Positions 12,219-23,500 of a stretch of 64,000 nt of DNA are shown here, piece after piece; position 1 is the first letter of the stretch, and each line of letters begins with the position of its first letter. The translations under genes were made by a program, and so were the position numbers. The DNA is from Takakia lepidozioides (Eukaryota > Plantae > Bryophyta), in NCBI GenBank assembly GCA_030704615.1, contig CM060732.1:26536001-26600000 (forward strand), given 5' to 3'. Under the pieces are notes generated by a model. It made no database searches. It worked only from the letters and a program-made list of their open reading frames with translations, and was not told where the DNA came from.

Positions 12219-12918
12219 TTAATAGCCGTATAATAAAGGATATCATTAGAGATATCCACAATTATATGAATAAAGCGATGGTTTTCTTAAGTCAATAAGT
12301 GGTTCTTAACAAATTTAATTATACTAACTAGTACAAGGTTTTCGATCATAAAACCATAAGGGAAAAAAGTCACCTCATGGCCTCGAAACAGAAACGTATA
12401 ATTATAGTATATTATTGTATTAATATTTTTTAAGGATTGTTACTATTGTCCTGCAGTTATGCTAATAAGTGCAAAAACAGCTGTCAACTAATTTTAGACC
12501 AGGACCCACCATCATGCCCACCATCATGGCATTTAATAACCATCAAAATGAATCCTGGTTAGGGCCAGGTTCCATGGAATCACCTTCCAAAACATGAGGG
12601 GGTGGTTCCATGGAGACCCTTCCTTAAAATGTCCCACCCTTCTAACTGTCCCTCTATGAGGATGCCAGGCCCGGTAAGGGAAAAAACAAAAATTATAATG
12701 AGAAGACGCAAGGGATGTTTGCGTCTGAGTCGTAGAAGGGCGATTAAGTTGCCGTGACGCCCTTCACAAATATTCCATTTTTCAAATAAGGGGATTATTA
12801 ATTTGGGGCGACATGGAATCAGATCCTTATTTCATGAATGGAAAGCAAAGCAAAGGGTAGAAAATCATGTTTTCCATTACAAAACTCGGTGCACTACACA
12901 TTAGGGGCTAAGGACAAA

Positions 12919-13077
12919 CAAGTTGTAGCCCAATGGTAATGGGCACATGCCACCTGGGTCGTGGTTGTGTGGGTTCAACCCACCCATGTGCCTCCTGTTG
13001 GAAGGCAGTAGTCCTCCCGGGTCAAGAGACACCATAATTTTTGCTTCCTTTGGGAGGTGCCATATATTATTATTATA
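12919..13077 (+). mobile_element. tRNA-derived SINE, copy A
   Basis: A-box TAGCCCAATGG, B-box GGTTCAACCC, shared body ...GAGACACCATAATTT..., (ATT)n tail. Homologous to the copies at 13562 and 16887. Confidence 0.8.
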
Positions 13078-13376
13078 AGGGCCTAAGACTTTCTTGGGGG
13101 GAGGGGGCCTAAGGCCAAGATTTTACAAGGCCAAGTTGGGTCAGCCCCTCCCTTGGCCTCTGAACTTGAAAATACTTTAATGTTTAGGCCTCTAAGCGTG
13201 AATTTATTTACGCTAACTTCGGTTTACCTCACATATATAAAACCAATGTTGTGCGGGTAACTAGATTTTTGCTTATCCTTTGATCCACTATTTATTTTAT
13301 GGTAAGGATAAATAATAATTTGTTGATCTATTTATCCTCCCATTAAAGTCCAGTATATTCATCAGGGGTAAGGGTA

Positions 13377-14103
13377 CAGTCTCCCCTGGATAAATGTTAC
13401 CTCTATAAACGTTAAACTACCATAAATGTTAAGAAAATTTTACTCCCCTACTTGTGTACACTAGCAAATGTTAAGTGTTATTTGTTAACAATTGTTTACT
13501 CCCCTCTTTGTTAATTTGCCCTATGTAAATGTTGAGTGCACCATAGAGGTGTCCATGTAACCAAGTTGTAGCCCAGTGGTGGGCACATACCACCTCGGAA
13601 GTGGTTGTGGGTTCAATGCACCCTTGGTGTCACAAAAGGTGTCCACCTTTCTAGCGGAAGGGAGGTAACCCTTCGGCCTTCCGGGTGAAGAGACACCATA
13701 ATTTACGCTTAATAATATTCATATGACTGCCACTGAAATTCCAGCGCCTGTAGCATTCAAGGATGCCAAAATGGCCATAGCTACAATTTCTCAATATTTG
13801 GAACAAATGCCTTATGACGTTATGAAAACTATTTTAGCATGAAATGCCTAGAGAAAGAACTCGATGATAGGCATATTAGAGATACTCGGCAGACCACAAT
13901 CAATTCATATTTCCTACCCATAACTGAATAATTACACTTTGTTTCATAAGTGTTAATTTCATAAATCTTATATTTGTCAAATGTTACCTTCTGTAAATGT
14001 TAATGTGTTACAATTAACCCCTTCATAACTGTTGATGTGTTAACCTTGTCTAAATGTTATTTTTTCCTACTCCCGACTGTTAATATTTATCCAGGGCAGA
14101 CTG
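13377..14103 (+). mobile_element. pogo/Tigger-like (Tc1-mariner superfamily) internally deleted element
   Basis: TA TSD on both sides; TIRs CAGTCTCCCCTGGATAAATGTTA / TAATATTTATCCAGGGCAGACTG. Retains a transposase C-terminal remnant PVAFKDAKMAIATISQYLE...RQTTINSYF. SINE copy B is inserted inside. Confidence 0.8.
13562..13718 (+). mobile_element. tRNA-derived SINE, copy B (nested in the pogo-like element)
   Basis: CAAGTTGTAGCCCAGTGG...GGTTCAATGC...GAGACACCATAATTT. Confidence 0.8.
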
Positions 14104-14390
14104 TAGACAAGTGGGTGGCAGTTGCAATTAGCTCCTCATGGAATTTACTTTCATCTGTAATAAACTTCAAAAACCATCCATTTATTCTTCATAAGTTGTT
14201 CAAGAGCATAGATGTTACCTAGAGAAGGCACATCGTGCAAGTAGTTCTCAGGAGGTTACACCTGAGGAAGGCATTACAGGTGCTTAGGTTTTGCATAGTT
14301 TCCTCATTATTATTCTAAAGAGAAGCCAATAAAAGATATGGATCAATAAATTTTTCTCCTCCCACTGTAGTCTAATAAACAACACTCATC

Positions 14391-14940
14391 CTTAATGCAC
14401 ATGTGCAAACTCTGACCTGTCAAATGTTCCCCACCCTCTCTCAAGAGTGACTAGGAACTGAAGGGAGTGCAGTTGAGGTGACGTTGGGCTACACAATGGG
14501 CAGAGTTAACTCCACTTGGGGTGACATTGGGTGTAAGCTCTGCTCAATGTAACTGACACTTGGTCTCGAAATTTGACCAAGTCCAAATAAAAGTATAAAT
14601 GAAAAAATATAAAATGGACTATGAAGAGTTACACATGACATAGGTGACACTACCCAAGGTTACACTAGCTAGAGTTACACAGGCCCATGTTACAATATTG
14701 GAGGTTACACTTTAGGTTACAAGAGCCACCACCCACCATGGCACCTTGTCCCCTTTATTACCATCACTTTACTGGTAGGTTACTTACGCGTACTTGCCAA
14801 CCTCTGGCATTCTAATGTATTTAATACTGAATCCAGGGTACCAGGGGTGGGGAGGATTTGACAGGTGCCCAGCCGGTGGGAGCTCTGCCTGAATCCAACG
14901 GAAAATTGCACGCGTCCATTAAGTTCTTACATTATTCGTA
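14391..14940 (-). mobile_element. Mutator-like MITE, inverted and diverged copy, left end eroded
   Basis: Reverse-complement homology to 14970-15537 along its length (e.g. CACTTGGTCTCGAAATTTGACCAAGTCCAAAT vs 15297-15328). Right TIR GCACGCGTCCATTAAGTTCTTACATTATTC. Confidence 0.7.
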
Positions 14941-14969
14941 TGTTTAAATCAATGATATATTGAAAGATA

Positions 14970-15537
14970 GGAAGGCAATAGGAATAATGTAAGAACTTAA
15001 TGGACGCGTGCGATCTGACGGTACTTTCGCCGGATTGGGGCAACTTGGGCTCCTCTGGCGGGGCCCCTGTCAAATCCTCCCCACCCCCTCTTACCTCGGT
15101 ATCACTATTAAATACTTAAGAATCTGCGTGGGATTCAAGCTACAGTGGGTGGCATGATGGTAAAGTGATAGCATTACTCTAGGAGTAGCATTACACTAAT
15201 ATCCGAGTCACACTATGTAACCCTTGTTACCCCAGGTATTAGTGTAACCATGGTTTTCTCATGTAATCCTCGTTAGTCCATTTTATACTTTACCAAATTT
15301 GGACTTAGTCAAATTTCGAGATCAAGTGTGGGTTACACCAAGTGGAGTTACACACCTCGTCCTGTAACCCAATGTAACCCCAAGTGGAGTTACACGTCTT
15401 GTCGTGTAACCCCGACTGGAGTTTACTCTCCTTCAGTTCCTCTGAAGAGAGGGCGGGGAAGATTTGACATGCCGATACCCATCCTGTGTGCCATTGCACG
15501 TGTGCATTAAGTTCTTACATTATTTCTATTATCTTCC
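14970..15537 (+). mobile_element. Mutator-like (MULE) MITE
   Basis: Long TIRs GGAAGGCAATAGGAATAATGTAAGAACTTAATGGACGCGTGC / GCACGTGTGCATTAAGTTCTTACATTATTTCTATTATCTTCC. Perfect 10-bp TSD TTGAAAGATA (14960-14969, 15538-15547). Confidence 0.85.
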
Positions 15538-16509
15538 TTGAAAGATATATAGATTTTTGTGTTTGTTATGCTTAATTTTTTATTTTTATTTTCTGTGTGA
15601 AAGGTGGCCATTGGGTGCAATACTAAGAGGGCTGATTATGAAAGGTGCATAAAAGGGATGTACGGTAGGTTTTCGAAGAACTACCGTTGTGCAGGTATTA
15701 CCTTTGGTATTTTGGTGGGCAAATTTTGGCCCTTAGGCCAAGTATAGAGCCAAGCTGCAGAACCCACCAATACAATCACTTGGATTGTGGTCCCTACACT
15801 TCTGGGCCCGCACTCCTATTCATGGGGTGAATTGGATGGATGATGCTATGTTGAGCAACTGGGTATCCATAGTGGATGGATGTAGCATGGATGCCACAAT
15901 ACGGGAGAAATCCCTCTCCAGGATTCCCTTTGGAGGCCACACTTGGGTTAGCCTATGGGTTGTTCTCATGCAATGAGAGTCACAAGCTCTCGGTACAATT
16001 TGCATGCGCAAGATGGCAGCTATCGCAGCACCTAGTTAGCTCATAGCCTGAGCCATGAATGCTCGAAGCTTTAATTGGACTGCACTATGTACTGGGGCTT
16101 GAATCGGGTTGTCAGAACTCTGCACTTAGTGTGGAAATCCATCCGTGCATCATTCATGTTTGAACTTTGAAGAGAGTGTACACAAGCAGACACCGCACTC
16201 CTTAGATTTGATGATTACTTACTCCATCAAAGTGAAAAAGACTTGATTCATGGAAGACGCCGGGATTTGATGCGCTTTGGCGCTGGTCCTTTTCGCGGCA
16301 CTTTCTTCTTTCATCCTCTTCTCTCTCACGCAGGTTCCTGAGCTTGATTCGGACTAATAAGTTATGGTTAGTTAGATTCTAGACCTCGCTGATGAATCTT
16401 ATGAATTAATTCAAATATGCTCTGTTTCTGTTTGAGCAGAAAACAAATAAATCTCTGCACCCTCTAATCATCCCTTTTAAATCAAAATCTTAACAAGTAG
16501 ATTTAAAAT

Positions 16510-16545
16510 GGAACATAATAGGAATAATGTAAGAACTTAATGCGT
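16510..16545 (+). mobile_element. Orphan TIR of the same Mutator-like family
   Basis: GGAACATAATAGGAATAATGTAAGAACTTAATGC; partner TIR not found. Confidence 0.55.
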
Positions 16546-16886
16546 TGCTCCCAAAGCTTCCATGGAAGCTGCTGAAGGATGGGTAGTCCCAAGGATTTCT
16601 CCCCTGCAGGAATGTGAGCTAGGATGGGCGCCGCCATCTGTTAGGATCTAAGTAGCACCAACGATCTAGGCTTCGTTTGACCGTCAAGCATCCCCATTAT
16701 TACTGGAGTCTTCTCTGCAAGCCGTTATTCCACATATCCAGATTCCATAGCTCACTGAAGCTTGCATGCATGCACCTGCAAAGGTGGCAGTACTTAGGTA
16801 TGCAGATTGCCATCAATCCCTGAGATTTGAAGCTCCTTCTTCCATTTAGGGGTTGGGCTATACAGTATCATATATTCCTTGACAAA

Positions 16887-17071
16887 CAAGTTGTAGCCTA
16901 ATGGTAATGGGCACATACCACCTCGGAAGTGGTTATGGGTTCAATCCACCGATTGGTGTCACAAAGGTGTCCAGTGTCCACAGTCAGCAGTCCTTCACGG
17001 GGAAGAGAGACACCATAATTTACATTTCCCTCATGAGGTGTCATATATTATTATATTATTATTATTATTAT
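16887..17071 (+). mobile_element. tRNA-derived SINE, copy C
   Basis: A-box TAGCCTAATGG, B-box GGTTCAATCC, GAGACACCATAATTT, long (ATT)n tail. Confidence 0.82.
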
Positions 17072-20000
17072 TCATAGTCCTTTAGTTCTTTATCAATTCA
17101 ATAGATTATCTTGTCCCGTCCGTCGTATACTATACAGTTGGTAATATTCTTAACATTCCCTCCAAAACATAAAAATAGGATACCTCAGACAAAACAAAAA
17201 CATCATACTAGGGTCCATATATTGCTTTTACAAACCATTATTCCATTCTATAACGGAAAAGAGAATACTCACTCTGAAGCAGTGTTGGTTTTCTTTTCAT
17301 TTTTCCAAAATTGCTGACCCCATCTTCCAGGTAGAAATCTGGCTATTTTTACGCCAGAAAAACAAATACTGGTCTAAAGCTAGCAGGATTAAGAGCTGTT
17401 ATTTTTTTATTATATTTTTACAAGCAATATACTAGGAAATAACACTATCCATATTGCACTAAGCTTTATCGAGCTTTTTTCTTTTTTCTTTTGTTCATAA
17501 ACCCATCTTACAAAAATAGTTAGAGGGCATTCGCTGGATCACCCTTCACGTCTTTGTGAGTCTATAAGTACCTTATGGTTGCCTCAGGGTTTACTTTTTT
17601 CCCTCAATAATTAAATAAATAAAGTTCTCAAGGGCTACAGCCTCCCTCCCCTTTCTCTTAATAACACAAAAAAAAAAGGTGACGGGGCGGCGTCCCTTTC
17701 ATCAGCCTCCATGGCATGTCATGTGAGGTTACTTTTTCCTCATGAATAAATTTCAAGGTCTCTCTCGGACCTTAAAAATTAAAAAAAAAGAAAAAGAAAA
17801 GTTAGAGGGCCTTTGTCCCCTTTAGTACCCACCTTAGTATGTTTCTACCCGGCGGGACATCGTGGCTTCTAAGGCGGGTATCGGACAATATAAATAATAT
17901 CCTTGCTTTTTGTATCTATATTTAGCAATGCCAGCTTGGCATCATGCCATGTAAAATAAAAAAGATATAGGAAGGTACATAATTCACAGCTTGTTCCACC
18001 AAAATACTTACTCCCAAACCAGAATGTGGGTTGTCTGTTTAGTACTAGCAAGACCCACAATTTTCTTTTGAAAAAGAAAAAAGAATATTTGCTCCCTCAG
18101 TTGAGTCCCTGCAAGGCTCTCTCCCTGTCAGGAGGCAGAAAGGTTGGGAAATGTAACGAGGATAGTTAAGTGAGGGTCGACATTTAACCGGCGGGTCGCA
18201 GGGTAGACTAGGGTTAAATTCCAGTTACAGAGGTTGGAGGTCCGGTGTTACATTCCTTTCATTGTGTCGAGGTGGCGGTCTTGCTCTTGGAAGGTGGTTT
18301 TGGTTTGATGGTTGTCAGCAGCTCCAATCTTCCTCAAAACCCCGTTTCCCAGTCTTCCATGCAGCCTTTCTCTGCAATTTGTGCAAGCTCTGGGTACCTC
18401 ACTCTTGTTAGTCTTCTTGAATCCGCAGTCTGCGTACTGTATGCCTTTGCCCAGCAGGTTTACTTTGTCACTGCTGCTAGTCCCCTCTTTGGTCCCCTCT
18501 TTGGTTACTCTATCTAGTTGCCGCCCTGCCACACCTAGAAGCTCATTTCCAGAGCTCTGTGTGTGCTGGTCCCCCGCTTCATTTGGTTTCCCTGGGAGTG
18601 AGTAGCTGTGTGCAGTTAGGGTTTCGACAAGATTGCCTATCTTAAGCACCAGGCTACTTAGACCGAGAATTGGACCTCATAATGAACTTGGGCAATTTCG
18701 CAGGCATCTAATGGGACCATCGACTCCTGGACATCACGTAGGTTGCTGTCTTTCCTTCTTTCTCCCTTGTTTGAACGTGGGTCAGAATGTCCACAAGTAC
18801 TTGACGCCGTTTTTTCTTCTGGGGTCTGTTTGAGAGGCTTCTTGGACGCGCTTATGTCTCCATTGGTGTGCACTGCACACGAAGACGTCGAAACGGAAAG
18901 TCATTTGGTGGTTTCTTTGGCGAATGAACAGGACAGTCCAGAGAGATTTATGAGCCGTCATTTTCAGTTGACTCGCCTGTTTGTAATACCTCTGCTCTCA
19001 CTCTCTCCTCCGCCAGATCGCCTGACGTCCCCTTGAGGGATGGTTGGGGCCACCCACCACATATTGTACGTTGATGTGAGCTTTGTGCGTTGTTGCAACA
19101 TTTCCTAGTTTATATCTAGCAGTTACATTGCCCTTTAGAGACAGTAGCTCGGCTATAAAGGGGTAGATAGTATTCGTGCTGCCTCTTATTTGGATCAAGC
19201 TGTGCACAGGTTGCTCCATCTGGAACCTCCTTGTTATCGAGATTTGTGCCATGAGGCACCTCCCGGATGGCTCATTGTACTCAACTTTTTACCCTACTAT
19301 CTCACTGGAATGCTCCTCAGTCTCGGTGAGCGTTGTATAGTGTAATGTATGTCTTTGTTAAGGTGTAATGGGTGGAATTTTGGCTTACCAGCTTTTGGCA
19401 CTTAGGGAGCAGGTCAACATTTCAGCAGATCGATTTTGTAAAGATGGATGTCTCGCTGTCAAATTTTAGGTGAGGAGAACGTGATCTCTTTTGCTGCTCC
19501 TGTCCCTTTCCCCCCACCCCCAGCAGAAATGAAGACAGGCGTCCAAAATCTGTCCTGGTGTTAGAAGGGATGCTGAACTCGGGGCTACCTTGGAACTGAA
19601 GCTGGTTTTTCTGGTGGGTGCAGTGCAGTGCACCCTAGATGGATGCAGGGTTGCAGTTGGATGCCCAGGAGGGCCTGCAGACGGCAATTCTTGACCTCGC
19701 AGGTTCCTGCATAGTTGAAGGTTGGAAAGGGGAAGAGGAGGAAGATGTTGAGATAGATTCATCTGATGATGAGAGAGATGAAGGGGTTGGCAGTGGGGCC
19801 TTTGTTGGCCAGGCTATTACAGGTGTGATGTGCTCCCCATCATCCTCGGAGGATCCCGTGTTTGAGTGCTTAAGTTAAATACCTGACTAAGCATTCACAT
19901 GTAGCTGATTGAAACAGGCTGTAATTATACCCAAAATGGCATGCTAATCAAGAACATCCAATGACCAGGCACGTCAATAAGTTGATTCTGGCCAAAGGGT

Positions 20001-20522
20001 TTGTGAGTGTTCCAAGGGGCTGAGTAGCAGTGTTACTTAAGGTCACTGGAGATTTGCATCAATCATTTTGTAAGTAGTGAAGTGTAATCTGCGTAGGATG
20101 ATCCCTCTATGTGACTAAATGCAACCCGGTCCGTCCCTTTGCTTTATCAGGAAATGTGGTGTGGATCACCTGAAATTATGTTACATAGGCTGTGTTATGT
20201 ACGAACTTGGCCACATCTCCTGCTCCTTGACTCGAGGAGATTGTGTTCTGATTCTGAGAAGAACACATGGTACTGATGGTGCTCCCGCCAGTAGAAATTA
20301 CTGTTGTAGAGAAGAGACCACTGTCAATGTGAAAGTGGTTGCCATGATTGTCAGTTGCAAGCTTCCCAACAGCAGTGGTAGCTTGTCATGGATCCAGACA
20401 TGACCAGGTTAATGGTCTGCATGTAGGCTTGTTCATCTGCCGAATGCTCGTGCCCACGAGCGCATCGTCTTGAATCAGTTTTAGGTTGTTACTATGGTTT
20501 TTAACCCTCTCTATCCCTCTAG

Positions 20523-23500
20523 GTGTATCGGCCGCAATTGAGGGTGGGGGAGATGGTAGTAGCTGGCTTGCAACCCAGGACAATCCGGCTATGGGGGTTC
20601 CAAAGTTGATCAGTGGTGGACCTCTGCAAGCTGAAGGAACTGTGGTTATTACTGCTGCTCAGGGAGGGAGTAAGTCTTGGGAGAGGGATGAGGCAGAGTC
20701 CCAAGCTTCCATTGGGCAGTCACTTCCGTCTTTAGGGCATGGTAGGTCATTATCAGATGAGCCCTCTGGGGAGAGGAGCACTGATGAAGTGGTTAGAGAT
20801 CTTAGATTGGACACAATAGACAAGGCGAAAAGACCTCCCCAGAAGAAAATGGAGTGGCCGAATGCACGGACATTCCGGAAGGCTCTGTCGGCCAAGTTCG
20901 GGGATTTGAGAAGCATACCAAGTCAGTCAAGGGGTAGTGCTGGCCTTGGCTGTGGCAACAGCAAGGAAGCATCAGTTGACAAAAGTGGAGCGATTGGAGA
21001 CGAAGCGAAGGATCAAGAGGAGCAGGTGTTTATCTTCTGTGTATTGAGATGCATACAAGTTTTATTTGTCATTTCAACTGAACCATGTTATACACTGTCA
21101 CTAAAAAGAGATGGTTTGTGATGCAGTTTGGCACAAAGCGTAAGGAAGTGGAGACTGAGCCATCTGCCTCAACGCGCACAAAGCGAGGGAAACCTAATGC
21201 TGACTTCATTCCTTGGACAGCCTTGTTGCCACGAAAGAAGAAATCTGGGAAGGTGAAAGCCCCTGGGCCTACTGTCCAGGAGTCACACGAGTCATTGCCC
21301 AGGCTAAAAGACAGGTTGAAATCCCAAGAACTTGAGGGCAGAGAAAAGCTGAAGAAGTCAGGACAGAAGGGGAGGCCAATAGCAGTTGAGAGGAGTGAAG
21401 ATGATGCGACCAACTCAGTATCCCTCATGGATAAACGGGATGGAGGGATCAGGAAGAGATTCAGGGATGAGGACCGACCATTAGATTTGACGGTGGGGCT
21501 GATTGGGGGGAGGGATTCTCATGGCAAACTACCATCTGCAGTGGCGAAAATTGACAAGAAAAGGAAGAGGGGGATATTTGTTGTTGAAAATGAGAACTTG
21601 GACAAGGTGGGACAGGGAACAGGCATGGCGAGGGACAAGAGAGCAGGTCCAAGGAAACAAGGACAGGTTTCGGTGGAGAAACAGAGACCTGGAAAGAACA
21701 TTGAGTATGGTGGAGTTGGCACAGATGAAGAGGAGGCCGAGCAGGCAGAGCCCCAATGGAAGTCCAGTCGGGTGTCTGACGGGAAGGGGAAGAAGGTTTC
21801 TGGTGTCCAGGCATCCAAATTCTTGTCTGCTGCCCCGCAAGATTTTGGAAACATGAAAGGTTCTGCTTTGCCTGGTTTGGGGAAGCACAAAGGGTCCGGA
21901 AGAAGTGAGAAGCAGGCTGGGGCCATGCAATTGTCTACAGGTAATACGACATAAACAAAGAATAGTAGAGGCATTTGACAAGGCTTGAACACATATGCGA
22001 CTTGATGGACTGTGTGACCAGACGGGTCTCAGGCATCATCTTATGTCTCAAAACGTGGCCAGCTTGCAAGTAGGGCTGCACAGTATCTTTTCTGTTGCTG
22101 GAGCTAAAATTGCATCACCTCTGATTTCCATGTTGTAATCGGTGGGATGCAGAAGAGGGCGCAGATCTGGAGGCACGTGTTACACGCAGCTGTGTTTCCA
22201 AGAAACAGACTGCACAGAATAGATCGGAAGGGAGAGGGGCAGTTATGCCGGTCGATAATACTATGCGAGTTAATGATAAAGGGAAAGGTAGCTGGTGGGT
22301 GACCTGCACAGTCTGCAAGAAGAAGCGAAGGTGAGATTCCTTGAACACCTTCAATGTAGGTACATTCAAATAAGGATACTCATTACATCCGCACATGCAT
22401 AATCAATCTGTGTTTTATCTTCAGGCTCAACTTTAGCAAATCAGCTGTTTGCCCTTGTCCCCTTGATGTTGAATCTGCTAGGGCAACTCAACCATTTTCT
22501 CAGCAGTTTCATCCTGTAGTGTTGTTGATCCACATACAAAACAATTCACTTTCGATCTACAGGGTTCGCAGGTGGTGAAACCACTAGTGGGAGATTTCAA
22601 TTTATGGTTACTGCTGGACATCTGTTGAGTTTTGGCTACTTTAGCCCAATGTCTGAAAAGGAAAGAGGTTGGTTGGAGACAGGGTTCCTCCGGAAAGTAA
22701 GTTGAAGAAAAAGGTGTGGCAATGCAAGGACAATTTTTGGGACTCGAAGTATGCCAGCTGCAGTGCACCCCAGGTGTTGATCCTAATTTTTTCTTGTTAG
22801 AGGTAGATCTGGTGTCGGGGAGGCACTATGTACTCTTTCTGATCTGGCTTGTATGTGCTTCCTATGTGTCCATGGTGTCTCCTGTGTGCATGCATTTTGC
22901 TCTTTTGGTGAAGCTTGCAACGTGTTGGAATTTTAGTACACAAGGTTCATTGTCTTGATCTCACAGCAGGTGAGTCTATGGTGTAGGGCAACTGGACCTT
23001 GGGTGTAACATTTCTTGCTATCGTGTGTATAAGTGGTGCTTGCATTTGTGTAAGGTTTCAATTTTTCCTTGTTCAATTGGCTGTGTCTTTCTCTGCAAGT
23101 TGATTTCCTTGCTTGTTGTTCGTTGGCTGTTGGGTATCCGCACCTGCAGGACAAGAGGGTTCCTTCTAGTGATGCCCATTTGACATCATCTGCTCATGCT
23201 GGTTCATCAACAAGAACTGAAGAAAGTGTTGATGTGATGCCCATTAAGAACTGCCAGATGGAAATTTCTGCAGTGGAACAGACTCCCGAGGTAGGAGGAG
23301 GGGATGGCAAGAATAGCAGCCTTGTGCACCTACAGCTTGTCTGGGTCAAGGTAATCCATCCAAACTTTTGTACAGATAGATGCTCTGCATCCACAAGAAT
23401 TAGTAAGAAGTCCAGCAATTTGACTGTAAGAATTCTGTGTTTGGAAGTTTAAATTGCTTTGGAAGAGTTTGGCATTGGTTTTGGTATATATCCTGCTCTG

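Noticed and set aside
12919-12990. tRNA-like sequence as a true tRNA gene (also at 13562 and 16887)
   Set aside because: No proper acceptor stem; the copies are diverged and continue into a shared non-tRNA body and tail, so they are SINEs.
18181-18217. CTAGGGTTAA as another piggyBac end
   Set aside because: It resembles the copy 2 left end but equally a telo-box-like promoter motif; no partner end or internal homology found.
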